Part shown: positions 1-9,105 of the stretch, one piece after another
Numbering within the stretch: position 1 is the first letter of the stretch
Layout: each line of letters begins with the position of its first letter
Origin: Terriglobales bacterium
Lineage (GTDB): Bacteria; Acidobacteriota; Terriglobia; Terriglobales; Acidobacteriaceae
Length of the DNA stretch: 64,000 bases
Reading direction: 5' to 3'
Assembly (NCBI GenBank): GCA_049509755.1
Contig: JBEKZP010000001.1
Coordinates: 208,210-272,209, forward strand
Program-made: the position numbers and the translations under genes
Notes under the pieces: generated by a model
Seen by the model: only the letters and a program-made list of their open reading frames with translations
Databases searched by the model: none
Told to the model about the DNA's origin: nothing

Positions 1-57
1 AGTCGGTCGATCAGTCAACCGGCTAACCGACCGATTGACCAAGAGACCGAACGACCG
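1..57. repeat. Partial palindrome built from tandem short oligomers (GTCGGTC/GACCGA-type), cut by the window edge; it sits downstream of prs
   Basis: Arms agtcggtcgatcagtcaaccgg and ccgaccgattgaccaagagaccgaacgaccg are reverse-complementary runs of the same short unit. Confidence 0.4.
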
Positions 58-60
58 TTG

Positions 61-1017
61 CTACACGAACAACTTGCTCACCGAGGTCTCTTCGTGAATG
101 GACTGGATCGCGCGCGCGACCAGCCCGGCGATGGAGAGCACCTTGATCTTGGGCTCGTTCCGTCCCGCCTCGGAGAGCGGAATCGTGTTGGTCACCACCA
201 CCTGCTCAATCGGCGACTTGGAAATTCGTTCGATGGCCGGCCCCGACAGCACCGGGTGGGTGGCGCAGGCGACCACTTTGCTGGCGCCGCTTTCCACCAA
301 CGCGTTGGCCGTCTTCACCAGCGTTCCGGCGGTATCAATGATGTCGTCGAGGATGAGGCAGGAGCGGCCCTTGACGTCGCCGATCACGTGCATGACTTCC
401 GTCTCATCGATGTCGACGCGGCGTTTATCCACGATGGCGAGCGCCGAATCCATTTTCTTGGCGAAAAACCGGGCGCGCTCCACGCCGCCTGCATCCGGCG
501 AAACCACGGTCAGGTCGGGGTACGCCTTCTCCCTGAAATGACTTACCAGCACCGGCGAGGCGAACAGGTGGTCCACCGGGATGTTGAAGAAACCCTGGAT
601 CTGCGGCGCGTGCAGGTCCACGATCAGGGCGCGATCGGCGCCGGCGGTGGTCAGCAGGTCGGCGACCAGCTTGGAGCTGATGGGCGAGCGCGGCTTGTCC
701 TTGCGGTCCTGGCGCGCGTATCCGTAGTACGGAATTACCGGCGTGATGCGGCGGGCGGAGGCGCGCTTGAGCGCGTCAATCATCAGCAGCAGCTCCATCA
801 GGTGCGAATCCACCGGATGGCAGGTGGGCTGCAAAACGAAGACGTCAGCGCCGCGCACATTTTCCAGGATCTGCACGTAGTGCTCGCCGTCGGAAAAGCG
901 CGTGATCTGCGTCTGCCCGCGCGGGATACCGAGGAAGGCGCAAATCTCGTCGGCCAGCGCCGGGTTCGCCGTGCCGCAGAAAATCTTCAGCCGGTCGTCG
1001 CTGCGGCCTCGCATCGG
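61..1017 (-). CDS. prs: Ribose-phosphate pyrophosphokinase (PRPP synthetase). The ORF extends to 1158, but Met48 (1017) gives the canonical ~318-aa length
   Basis: Translation has the RLKIFCGTANPALA...VVSPDAGGVERAR...DDIIDTAGT motifs typical of Prs. The N-terminal 47 aa are low complexity. Confidence 0.9.
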   Translation of the reverse strand, partial: PMRGRSDDRLKIFCGTANPALADEICAFLGIPRGQTQITRFSDGEHYVQILENVRGADVFVLQPTCHPVDSHLMELLLMIDALKRASARRITPVIPYYGYARQDRKDKPRSPISSKLVADLLTTAGADRALIVDLHAPQIQGFFNIPVDHLFASPVLVSHFREKAYPDLTVVSPDAGGVERARFFAKKMDSALAIVDKRRVDIDETEVMHVIGDVKGRSCLILDDIIDTAGTLVKTANALVESGASKVVACATHPVLSGPAIERISKSPIEQVVVTNTIPLSEAGRNEPKIKVLSIAGLVARAIQSIHEETSVSKLFV

Positions 1018-1194
1018 CTTACGCTCCTTCGGCTGTGTGCCGGCGTCCTTCTTTTCGTGCACTGTCGTAGCCACCGTGGTTGCCATAGCATTGCTCGCTG
1101 ATGCTGTCCGCATCTCAGTGGGATCGACTGCCTGGCCCGGTTTTTGCGCGGTCTGCATGAAAGCTCTTAGCTGTTAGCCCTTGGCGATTAACTC

Positions 1195-1268
1195 TGGCTG
1201 GGCGGCCAGGATTCGAACCTGGACAAAGTGCTCCAAAGGCACTTGACCTACCATTAGTCGACCGCCCA
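1195..1268 (-). tRNA. tRNA-Gln (anticodon TTG)
   Basis: The reverse complement gives a 74-nt cloverleaf, TGGGCGGTCGACTAATGGTAGGTCAAGTGCCTTTGGAGCACTTTGTCCAGGTTCGAATCCTGGCCGCCCAGCCA, with anticodon loop CTTTGGA and a 3' CCA. Confidence 0.85.
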
Positions 1269-1276
1269 ATCCCATT

Positions 1277-1388
1277 TGGTAATTTCGTAATTGGGTAAAT
1301 TGGTAATTTTGTCGGGAACCAGGCAAACGCAAGTGTCTTCGCCGGGCCTACAAATTACCAAATTGCCAAATTACGAAATTACCAAATT
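1277..1388. repeat. AT-rich hairpin. The left arm is tandem GGTAATTT-like octamers, the spacer is GC-rich, and the right arm is tandem AAATTACC units. The right arm overlaps the ispE 3' end
   Basis: ggtaatttcgtaattgggtaaattggtaattttg is near-perfectly complementary to caaattaccaaattgccaaattacgaaattacc. The architecture matches 6738-6850, 23761-23865, 54283-54370 and 54889-54990. Confidence 0.8.
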
Positions 1389-2342
1389 CTTCCAGTATTC
1401 CTGCCGCGTCAGTGTCCTGCTCGCTCGCGCCTCAATGCCCTTGGCCTTCAGCGCGGCCGCGGCCTTCTCTGCGGCCTTCGGGCTGTCGAAAATTCCGTAC
1501 AGCGCGGAGCCGGAACCCGACAAGGAGGCGTACTTTGCGCCTTCGCGCTCCAGGACACGTTTTACCTCGCGCAGTTCGGGATACTGAGGAAAGACGACAC
1601 GTTCGAAGTCGTTTTCGATCCCGGCACGGACGAGGTCGAGAAGCGGTGTCTCGGCCTGGTCCCTGTCCTTGACAGGAACACCGGATAAGGAGCCCGCCAG
1701 CCACACAAACATCGAGTGGCTGAACACGTCTATTCTACTGGCCGCGCTCCCGGGCGTCAACGCGGCATTCTCCGACGCGGCCAGCGTGTCCCAATCGGCG
1801 AATGCTTTTGGGGTGGAGACCCCTGCGTTGGGGGTGGCAACGGTGACCGCCATAGGCGGCAATTCGGGCAGAGGCAGCACCTGCTCGCCGTGTCCGATGC
1901 CCAGCATCGTGCCCCCAACCAGGAACAGCGGGACATCGCTGCCGATCTCGGTGGCGATGTCCAGTTTGTCGTGGGCCGAAAGCGGCAGGCCCAGCTCGCG
2001 TTCCAACCCGAGCATGGTGGCCACCGCGTCGGACGATCCCGCTCCCAGGCCGCCCTGTACCGGCAGGTTTTTTTCGATCTGGATCACCACGCGCCGCTGC
2101 TGCTTGAGCGCTTTCATGACGCGCTCCGCGATCCGCCAGCAGGTGTTGGTTTCATCCCGCGGAACCTGCGGATTCTCGCAGCGGATCTCAATGCCGGCGC
2201 CCGGCCCGGCGCTGACGCGCACGCTGTCGTAAATGTCCATGGTCTGGTACACCGTGCGCAGTTCATGAAACCCGTCGGCGCGCCGCGGCCCGATGTACAG
2301 CCCGAGATTGATCTTGGCGAAGGCGCGGAGAGTGGTGGGCAT
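1371..2342 (-). CDS. ispE: 4-diphosphocytidyl-2-C-methyl-D-erythritol kinase
   Basis: GHMP-kinase signature (AKINLGL...GGLGAGSSDAVA), and the conserved ispE-tRNA-prs neighbourhood. Confidence 0.9.
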   Translation of the reverse strand: MPTTLRAFAKINLGLYIGPRRADGFHELRTVYQTMDIYDSVRVSAGPGAGIEIRCENPQVPRDETNTCWRIAERVMKALKQQRRVVIQIEKNLPVQGGLGAGSSDAVATMLGLERELGLPLSAHDKLDIATEIGSDVPLFLVGGTMLGIGHGEQVLPLPELPPMAVTVATPNAGVSTPKAFADWDTLAASENAALTPGSAASRIDVFSHSMFVWLAGSLSGVPVKDRDQAETPLLDLVRAGIENDFERVVFPQYPELREVKRVLEREGAKYASLSGSGSALYGIFDSPKAAEKAAAALKAKGIEARASRTLTRQEYWKNLVIS

Positions 2343-2650
2343 GAGGGAGCGGCAATTGTAATGCAGCGCCCTGCGCCTGAAGCCCGGCTTTTCTAAGCGC
2401 GAATGAATTTTCCCGGTAAGTACTTCCCCCGATATAACAATTGCCGGCCCGCAGCGAAGATTTACACCGCCCCGCGGGGTGCTTGGCAGTCCACCGGTGG
2501 AAAAAATGTGCTACAACGGTGGAGGCATCGGGCAACTCGCTTGGATGGAATACGAACCGAATCTCGCGCGGTCCGCCCCGCGGCATCCGGTTTGGCCAGC
2601 GAAGTGCCACGGGAACAACGATCCCTCCTTTGGAAAGGACTTAAATCGCG

Positions 2651-3199
2651 ATGTGGAAGCCCACGAACCAACCCGCCACCGGCGGGCCGACCCCGAGCCC
2701 GGAACCGCAGCGCGCGAGCGCGCCCACCTTCACGCCTCCGGCGGAGCCAACTTCCGCCGCAGCTCCCAGGACTGCCTCCATGCCTTCGCAAGACCAGGCG
2801 ACCATCGGCAAATCGCTCGTCATCAAGGGCGAAGTGACTGGCTCGGAATCGCTTTACATCGACGGCCGCGTCGAGGGATCCATTAACCTCTCCGGCAATC
2901 GCGTCACCATCGGGCGCAACGGCGTGGTCAATGCCAACATCAACGCCCGCGAAATCGTCGTTACCGGCAAGGTGCGCGGCAACCTCGTGGCCAGCGACCG
3001 TGTGGACATCCGCAACGAAGGCTCGCTGACCGGCGATGTCATCGCTCAGCGCATCTCCATCGAGGACGGCGCTTACTTCAAGGGTGGGATCGACATCCGC
3101 AAGCCCGGCCAGAAGGCCAATGGCGAGGCCAAGGATGCCGGCATGGCCGAGACCGGTACCAGCACGTCCCACGCGCCCGGCACCGGCGTGCGCGCCTAG
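2651..3199 (+). CDS. Bactofilin (DUF583 polymer-forming cytoskeletal protein) with a Pro/Ala-rich N-terminal tail. An alternative start at Met44 is possible
   Basis: Beta-helical bactofilin core (IGKSLVIKGEVTGSESLYIDGRVEGSI...VTIGRNGVVNANINAREIVVTGKVRGNLVASDRVDI). Confidence 0.8.
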   Translation: MWKPTNQPATGGPTPSPEPQRASAPTFTPPAEPTSAAAPRTASMPSQDQATIGKSLVIKGEVTGSESLYIDGRVEGSINLSGNRVTIGRNGVVNANINAREIVVTGKVRGNLVASDRVDIRNEGSLTGDVIAQRISIEDGAYFKGGIDIRKPGQKANGEAKDAGMAETGTSTSHAPGTGVRA

Positions 3200-3207
3200 G
3201 AACAGTT

Positions 3208-3278
3208 ATGAGTTGTGAGTTCTGAGTGATCGTGGGTTCGAGTGGCCGCACTCGCAACTCAGAACTCGCAACTCGGGT
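3208..3278. repeat. Hairpin of tandem GAGTTGYGAGTTCTGAG units and their complement. It overlaps the 5' end of ORF 3242
   Basis: gagttgtgagttctgagtg pairs with cactcgcaactcagaactcgcaactc. Confidence 0.7.
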
Positions 3279-3286
3279 ACTCCCCA

Positions 3287-3493
3287 ATGTTTGAAAAACT
3301 TCTCCAGTTGCTCTCCATGACCTGCCGCCACAAGCACACTTCGCAGCCCTTTGCGGCCGCGGTTTCCGCCGCGCCGGCAGCGGCCTCTGGGGAATGGGAA
3401 TCGGTGGGCGCCGGCACCGGCCACTACATCGTTTGCCTGGATTGCGGGAAGAAGTTCCCCTATGACTGGGCGAACATGCGCCGCATCGGGTGA
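3287..3493 (+). CDS. Small Cys/His-containing zinc-ribbon-like protein (~68 aa from Met16 of ORF 3242..3493). The ORF's first 15 codons are encoded by the hairpin repeat
   Basis: MTCRHKHT...YIVCLDCGKKFPYDW, with hairpin repeats on both flanks. Confidence 0.45.
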   Translation: MFEKLLQLLSMTCRHKHTSQPFAAAVSAAPAAASGEWESVGAGTGHYIVCLDCGKKFPYDWANMRRIG

Positions 3494-3555
3494 CGAGTTG
3501 CAAGTCCCGAGTCCCGAGTTGCGAGCGGGCACTCGCGACCCACGACTCGCGACTG
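3494..3555. repeat. Hairpin of CGAGTYSCGAGT-type tandem units between the small ORF and the murJ stop
   Basis: cgagttgcaagtcccgagtcccgagttgcgagcg is complementary to cactcgcgacccacgactcgcgactg. Confidence 0.6.
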
Positions 3556-3559
3556 TCTG

Positions 3560-5161
3560 TCACCTCACCCGCCTGAGCCGGCGCCACACGCCTTCCATCA
3601 TCGAAATCCCCATCCAGTGGGTCAGCAGCAGGTAGATCCCACCAAACGGCAGCAACACGCAGGGTCCGACCAGCAGCGGTGAGCGGCCCGGCAACGCGAT
3701 CTCAATTCCGTATCCGGCGGCCGCGGCCAGCAGCGCGGCGAGCCACATTTTCAGCACGCGTGCCGTGGAGTAGGGCACGGTCCCAATGCGGCTCTGCAGC
3801 GATCTGCGCAGCAGGACAAACTCGATCCACCCGGCAATGCCGGCCGACAGCGTCAATCCGGCAACTCCCCAGCGCCGGTCGATGCCGAGCAAGGGCGGCA
3901 GCGGCAGCGCGCAAAAGTAGCCCAACGCCAGCGTGAGCGCGACACGAATTACGGCGAACTTCAACGGCGTGCGCGTATCCCGCAGCGCGTAAAACGCCGA
4001 CGAGTACAGCCGACCCGAGGTCGAGGCCAGCAATCCGACCGCCGATCCCGCCAGTACTCCCCAGACGTAGGTCACGTCGCGGGCGGTGAACTGGCCGGAA
4101 CGGTAGATGGTCGCCACCACCACGTTACCCAGGAAGAGGAACGCCGCCGCCGAGGGGACCACGAAAAAAGCGATCTGCTGAAGTCCCTGCGCCAGTCGCT
4201 GCCGCAGCGCAGTGGCAATCTCCTCGGGGCTGCCCAGGGCGCTCGACATCGCAGGCAGTTCGGCGGCCGACACCGACATCCCGAACAGGCTTACCGGCAG
4301 CGCATAGAGCGTTTGCGCATAGCTGAGCGCCGCCACCGCCCCGGTGGGCAGAAAGCTGGCTAGCAGGGAATCAATGTAAGCGCTGATCTGCACCACGCCG
4401 CGGCTGACAAATACCGGGAAGAAATTCTTCACCACGCTGTGGACGTGCTCGGAACCCAACCTTTTCGGAATCCGCAGGGGACGCAGGAAGCGCAGCACGG
4501 CGGGAAGTTGCACCGCAAACTGCAGCGCGCTGCCGGCCACCGACCCCAGGGCGACCGTCACCGCCAGCCGGGGCTGGGTTTGGTGTCCGCCCTTCCACAG
4601 AAACGCGGCAATAATCGCCGCATTCCACAGGATCGGGGCGGTGTAAGAAAGCAAGAACCTGCGATGGCTGTTGAGAACGCCGAGACACCACGCCGAAAAC
4701 ACCAGCAGCCCCGCGCCCGGAAACAGGACTTGGACCAGGCGGATGGTGAGCAGCCGCTTATCGCCCGAGAAACCCGGGGCGATGGCGGCAATCAGCCATG
4801 GCGCCGCGAATACGCCCGCCACCACCAGCACGGAGGTGATCAGGAATAAAAAGACGAATGTCGCTTCCGCCGTTTCCGAGGCTTCATCGTGGCGCTGCTC
4901 GGCATTCAGCCGCGCATAAACCGGAATGAAGGAAGCGGACAGCACTCCCTCGCCGAACAGGTTCTGCAGGAAATTGGGAATGCGAAAAGCGGCGCGGAAG
5001 GCGTCGGCGGCATCGGAGTTGCCAAAGTAGTGGGCGAAGACGCGATCGCGCACCAGGCCGGCAATCCGGCTGAGGAAAATTCCCAGCGCGACGGTGGCAG
5101 CAGAGCCCCGACCCGCTGATTCCTGTTTTCCGGGCTCTGCGTTTTCCGCGGGCGTGGACAT
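3560..5161 (-). CDS. murJ: Lipid II flippase MurJ/MviN
   Basis: Polytopic membrane protein with the conserved MurJ N-terminus (LGIFLSRIAGLVRDRVFAHYFGNSDAADAFRAAFRIPNFLQNLFGEG). Confidence 0.9.
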   Translation of the reverse strand: MSTPAENAEPGKQESAGRGSAATVALGIFLSRIAGLVRDRVFAHYFGNSDAADAFRAAFRIPNFLQNLFGEGVLSASFIPVYARLNAEQRHDEASETAEATFVFLFLITSVLVVAGVFAAPWLIAAIAPGFSGDKRLLTIRLVQVLFPGAGLLVFSAWCLGVLNSHRRFLLSYTAPILWNAAIIAAFLWKGGHQTQPRLAVTVALGSVAGSALQFAVQLPAVLRFLRPLRIPKRLGSEHVHSVVKNFFPVFVSRGVVQISAYIDSLLASFLPTGAVAALSYAQTLYALPVSLFGMSVSAAELPAMSSALGSPEEIATALRQRLAQGLQQIAFFVVPSAAAFLFLGNVVVATIYRSGQFTARDVTYVWGVLAGSAVGLLASTSGRLYSSAFYALRDTRTPLKFAVIRVALTLALGYFCALPLPPLLGIDRRWGVAGLTLSAGIAGWIEFVLLRRSLQSRIGTVPYSTARVLKMWLAALLAAAAGYGIEIALPGRSPLLVGPCVLLPFGGIYLLLTHWMGISMMEGVWRRLRRVR

Positions 5162-5179
5162 CGCTAGCCGGATTGTACC

Positions 5180-5266
5180 GTGCGAGTTGCGAGTTCCGAG
5201 TTGCGGCTTGTGAGTCCCGCGGACGGTTACGCGCAGGGGACTCGGGACTCGCGACTGGCGACTCCC
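5180..5266. repeat. Hairpin of tandem GCGAGTTSC units and their complement in the murJ / MBL-rhodanese intergenic region
   Basis: gtgcgagttgcgagttccgagttgcggcttgtgagtccc ... gggactcgggactcgcgactggcgactc. Confidence 0.7.
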
Positions 5267-5301
5267 AGTGATAAGCTGTCCGTCGGGGAGGGTGGCTCGC
5301 G

Positions 5302-6678
5302 ATGCAATTCGAGCAGTTTTACCTGAACTGCCTGGCGCATGCTTCCTACCTGATCGGCTCCGGCGGAATCGCCGCCATTGTCGATCCGCAGCGCGACATC
5401 GAAATTTACCTCAAGGCCGCCGAAGAGCACGGCCTGAAGATCGCCCACATCTTCGAAACCCATCTGCACGCTGACTTCGTCTCCGGCCACAAAGAGCTGG
5501 CACAGCGTACGGGCGCAAAAATCTACATCGGTGAACGCGCCGGCGCCAAGTTCCCGCACGTAGCTCTGCGCGACGGCTTCTCGCTGCAGTTCGGCGAGGT
5601 CGAAATCCGGGCGCTGGAAACTCCCGGTCACACGCCGGAAAGCACGTGCCTGCTGGTCTTCAACCGCGAGCAGAGTTCGGAGAAACCCTGGGCCGCACTA
5701 ACCGGCGACACGTTGTTCATCGGCGACGTGGGACGCCCCGACCTCGCCGAGGGCTACACGCCGCAGCAACTGGCCGGCGCCCTCTACGACAGCCTCCACC
5801 AGAAGCTGCTGACGCTGCCGGACGATGTGCTGGTGTATCCGGCGCACGGCGCGGGCTCGTTGTGCGGCCGCAACATGCGCGCCGACCGCTTCTCCACCAT
5901 CGGCGCCGAGCGCCTCACCAACGCGGCGCTCCAGGTGAAGACCCGCGACGACTTCATCCGCGAGCTGACCACGCACCTTCCGCCGCGCCCGCAATATTTT
6001 GCCGAAGACGCGGCCATCAACCGCGAAGGCGCAGAGGCGTTGCAGAACCTGCCACCGCTGCCCGCGCTCTCGCCCGACGAGGTGCGCGAGGCGCAGGCTC
6101 ACGGCTACGTTCTGCTGGACACGCGCGCCGGCGACGAATTCGCGCGCGGCCACGTTCCGGGTTCGGTGAACATCGGGCTGGGAGGCCAGTTCGCCTCGTG
6201 GGCGGGAACGGTGCTGGGCCTTGGCGCCAGGATGATCGTCATCGCCGAATCGGACGAGAAAGCGGCGGAGGCGCGCTTGCGGCTGGCGCGCGTCGGCATT
6301 GAGCACGTCATCGGCTACCTGAAAAACGGGGTGCGCGGCTGGGAGGAGGCAGGCAATTCTCTGGAAAAGATTCCGCAGATTACGGCCGCACAGTTGCGCG
6401 ACCGCCTGGGGGAACTCACGGTGCTCGATGTGCGCCGCGAACCCGAGTGGCAGGCGGGCCACATCGAGGGTGCGCACTGGCACGCGCTCGACGACTTTCC
6501 CCGTGCCCTGCCGGAACTCGATCGCGACGCGCCCATCGCGGTGCACTGCAAGGGCGGCTACCGCAGCGTCATCGCCGCCAGCTTGCTGCGCCGCGCCGGC
6601 TTCCGCAACGTCACCGACGTGCTCGGCGGATACGATGGGTGGGTTGCGGAGTCAAAGGTTGCTGTCACCGCGAAATGA
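5302..6678 (+). CDS. MBL-fold metallo-hydrolase fused to two rhodanese domains (persulfide dioxygenase/sulfurtransferase, CstB/ETHE1-like)
   Basis: HLHADFVSGH metallo-beta-lactamase motif. The C-terminal part has two rhodanese-like segments, including the catalytic CKGGYRS. Confidence 0.75.
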   Translation: MQFEQFYLNCLAHASYLIGSGGIAAIVDPQRDIEIYLKAAEEHGLKIAHIFETHLHADFVSGHKELAQRTGAKIYIGERAGAKFPHVALRDGFSLQFGEVEIRALETPGHTPESTCLLVFNREQSSEKPWAALTGDTLFIGDVGRPDLAEGYTPQQLAGALYDSLHQKLLTLPDDVLVYPAHGAGSLCGRNMRADRFSTIGAERLTNAALQVKTRDDFIRELTTHLPPRPQYFAEDAAINREGAEALQNLPPLPALSPDEVREAQAHGYVLLDTRAGDEFARGHVPGSVNIGLGGQFASWAGTVLGLGARMIVIAESDEKAAEARLRLARVGIEHVIGYLKNGVRGWEEAGNSLEKIPQITAAQLRDRLGELTVLDVRREPEWQAGHIEGAHWHALDDFPRALPELDRDAPIAVHCKGGYRSVIAASLLRRAGFRNVTDVLGGYDGWVAESKVAVTAK

Positions 6679-6698
6679 AACCCATCCACCACGGAGGC

Positions 6699-6730
6699 AC
6701 CCCTCGGCCGCGCTCGGGGCAGGCTCCGAC
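6699..6730 (-). repeat. Copy of the dispersed ~30-nt element (GAGCCTGCCCCGAGCGCGGCCGAGGGGTG on the minus strand)
   Basis: Matches the consensus GAGCCTGCCCTGAGCGAAGTCGAAGGG. Confidence 0.7.
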
Positions 6731-6737
6731 AAGGAGC

Positions 6738-6850
6738 ATTTCGTAATTTGGTAATTGGGTAATTTAGTAATTTGCCGGTTTTCTAATTCACATCGAACGT
6801 ACTCGGGTTCAAGAATTACCAAATTAGCAACTTACGAAATTGCTAAATCT
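6738..6850. repeat. AT-rich GTAATTT-family hairpin downstream of the MBL-rhodanese gene
   Basis: tcgtaatttggtaattgggtaatttagtaatttg ... caagaattaccaaattagcaacttacgaaattgctaaatc. Confidence 0.75.
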
Positions 6851-6893
6851 CCTTCCGTGCCTCCGTGCCTCCGTGTCTCCGTGGTGAGCTTCC

Positions 6894-7655
6894 CTACTGC
6901 CCGCCGTGGTGATGCTCCATCTGCTTCTCGACCGACCAGATGGCGTCCTGCGTCTTCTCGTTGGGATAGACGTGCACCATCCAGCCGAAAATCTGCGGAC
7001 GGAACCTGCCGCCGGCGGCGGTACATTCCTGCTCGGTGGAAATGGAGCCCAGCAATCCGAACTTTGCCTTGGGCCCGAAGTATTCGCTCTCGCGGCCCCG
7101 GGGCGCGCCGCAAAAGTTCACGTGCTCGTGCCAGCGCGCGATGCTCAGCGGAACGCGCGTGTCCAGTTCGTCGGCGTTCACCCTGGCGGGCGCGGTGTAC
7201 ATCACCCCGATCAGCTTGTAACCGCCGTCATTGGTTTTCTCGTACAGCAGCGACGTCGGATGATCCGGATTCAGCCGGAACGCCGCCTCCATCGCGTACC
7301 CGGCGTTGGTGAAGTGGTACATCTTCTGCTTCCTGTTGGGCAGGAAGATGCGAAAGCCGTCGGCGAGCGCGTCGTGATAATCGGCGTAGCGCTGCATGAC
7401 GCCGTTGGCCGCCAGCACGATCTCGTCGGCGCGCTGCTGATCGCCCGGGCGCACGGGCCGCATCTCGGTCATCTTCATGTGTGGGCCCATGTCCATGTGG
7501 CGGTGGGACATGGCATGCATGGCATGGTCCATGCCATCTTCCGATTGCGATTGCGCAGGCTTCTGTTGCTCGCCCTCGGCGGACATATGTTCATGTTGCG
7601 CGGCGGCAGACGTCGTCAGCAGGCACGCCACGACAATCAGGAAATAGCGTTTCAT
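6894..7655 (-). CDS. Secreted His/Met-rich protein (candidate periplasmic metal-binding protein). The start is taken at Met17, which opens the signal peptide
   Basis: MKRYFLIVVACLLTTSAAA signal peptide followed by HEHMSAEGE...MDHAMHAMSHRHMDMGPHMKM. No family was recognised. Confidence 0.6.
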   Translation of the reverse strand: MKRYFLIVVACLLTTSAAAQHEHMSAEGEQQKPAQSQSEDGMDHAMHAMSHRHMDMGPHMKMTEMRPVRPGDQQRADEIVLAANGVMQRYADYHDALADGFRIFLPNRKQKMYHFTNAGYAMEAAFRLNPDHPTSLLYEKTNDGGYKLIGVMYTAPARVNADELDTRVPLSIARWHEHVNFCGAPRGRESEYFGPKAKFGLLGSISTEQECTAAGGRFRPQIFGWMVHVYPNEKTQDAIWSVEKQMEHHHGGQ

Positions 7656-7740
7656 CGGCTTACCCCACATCCTTAGAACCCCAATTTTAGCGCGAAGACG
7701 CAAGAGAGTGGCTGCCGGTACGTGTTGGGTTAATGGGGAT

Positions 7741-7905
7741 AAGGGCTGTGGCTGTTGAAAAACTCACTTGCCGGAAATCCGCAGAAATTAGGTCGCGTCA
7801 GGATGCCCTACAAACGATTTTCTCTGGTCGCCTAGACATTTTCTATCCCCCAAATTTGCTGTGGTTTCTGAAATCTCGAGTTTTTCAACAGCCACGGCTG
7901 TTATC
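7741..7905. mobile_element. MITE-like element: ~45-bp imperfect terminal inverted repeats with a 21-bp near-identical core (GCTGTGGCTGTTGAAAAACTC) flank a ~70-bp AT-rich core
   Basis: The left end gctgtggctgttgaaaaactcacttgccggaaatccgcagaaatt matches the reverse complement of the right end aatttgctgtggtttctgaaatctcgagtttttcaacagccacggctgtt. It lies in a low-GC pocket. Confidence 0.5.
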
Positions 7906-8024
7906 AATAGTCTGGCAGGCGCCGCACGGCAATGACATGACGAACGTGACTCAGGCCTCGTATCGCTTTCGACACGGAACCGCGGATCTCTTGGCCGCGC
8001 GAGAAGCGGACCTCGACACGAAAT

Positions 8025-8618
8025 TTAAGCGGAATGGTATGTTGCGCGATTCTTGGTCAAGCCGAGCCGGTTCTTGAACAGGGCCAAGCCTCCCACACAT
8101 AACAGGCCCACGCCGAGGAACGGCAGCGAAGCGCCTTCCGGAATCGGGACAGACGTGATGGTCAAGTTAACTGGTCCCCAGAGACTTGGATTGTCCAAGT
8201 CTTGCACGAAGAAGGGGAACGGATTGGTGACGCTTACGTGCTCAAGGAGCCATTGATCGCCGTTGGCGTTGAAGGTGATTTGGTTATGCAGAATGCTACT
8301 GGACAGTTGCCCAGTCGGGTCGACAAGGTTCGTGCATGGGGCGAACGTAATTCCCATCGCGTACTGGTTGGCGTTCGGGGCATTGCCCACGCTAAGCGTT
8401 CCTGCCAGCGAGTTGATGGTGTAAAACCCATTCGTGCCGGTCTGTGTGCACTGCGGACTTGCGTCGAAGGTTCCGCTGCCACTTATGTTCGTCACGGGCG
8501 TACTGTTCACCTGGTAGGTTTGAAACGAGAATTGAAACAGGTCTGCGTGTGCGTTGGACGGCATCAGCAGCAGCATGACGAAAATGCCCATCACCGCCAC
8601 CCGAAATTCAATTCTCAT
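8025..8618 (-). CDS. PEP-CTERM sorting-domain protein (exosortase substrate), secreted
   Basis: N-terminal signal peptide, and the C-terminal VPIPEGASLPFLGVGLLCVGGLALFKNR motif (a PEP/PEG motif followed by a TM helix and a basic tail). Confidence 0.7.
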   Translation of the reverse strand: MRIEFRVAVMGIFVMLLLMPSNAHADLFQFSFQTYQVNSTPVTNISGSGTFDASPQCTQTGTNGFYTINSLAGTLSVGNAPNANQYAMGITFAPCTNLVDPTGQLSSSILHNQITFNANGDQWLLEHVSVTNPFPFFVQDLDNPSLWGPVNLTITSVPIPEGASLPFLGVGLLCVGGLALFKNRLGLTKNRATYHSA

Positions 8619-9105
8619 AAGTCCTCTCCCTGTGCTTCTTGCACCACGACAGAAGACCTGGCAGTATCCCTGCCCAACTGCGTCTTCTTAATCAAACACC
8701 GAGCGGCTTAGGGACATACAAATCCCCTTGGCCATCATGATTTCAGCTCTGAGTTGTACCTAGGCGTGCAATTGATGTGCCATACGCTGCGAAATCCCTA
8801 AACGACTTACGCTTGGCCGACGCGTGCAGTAGCAACTTTCTTTCACAAAAAGGGAAAAGACTTGGTCCGAGCACGAGCTGGATGGCCCCGACGTACAGGT
8901 CGCATTTGCGGTGACGTAAGGATTAGGAAATCTCGCTCGGAATTACGAGTGGCGGCCCAAGTCAACCGCACCGGATGTGGACTGGTTCCGCAGCCTTACC
9001 CACTGGCGCGGATATCGGCTTGGGCGTAAGAAGTGATATGGGCTGTTCACGCCAGCTTACCCTGCAAGCCGCTTGACAGGTACAAGAACTCGGCATTGCG
9101 TTAAC

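Noticed and set aside
902-1177. A 91-aa plus-strand ORF, with 98..541 and 58..1101 as alternative genes at the left edge
   Set aside because: All overlap prs on the opposite strand and have no recognisable features.
1277-1388. Tandem short repeats here (and at 39660, 40424, 50085 and 52533) considered as CRISPR arrays
   Set aside because: The units are 7-9 nt, with no 25-50-nt repeat-spacer periodicity and no unique spacers or cas genes. They are tandem-oligomer hairpin arms, not CRISPR.
2441-2650. Possible small gene in the ~300-bp ispE/bactofilin intergenic region (ORFs 2441..2644 and 2479..2886)
   Set aside because: There is no RBS, no recognisable motifs, and 2479..2886 overlaps the bactofilin gene in another frame. 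It is more likely promoter or leader space.
8619-9072. A 450-bp AT-richer non-coding gap searched for a small gene or ncRNA
   Set aside because: No ORF of 40 aa or more with an RBS on either strand and no convincing stem-loop architecture. It is probably promoter or leader DNA of the PEP-CTERM and membrane-protein genes within the low-GC patch.
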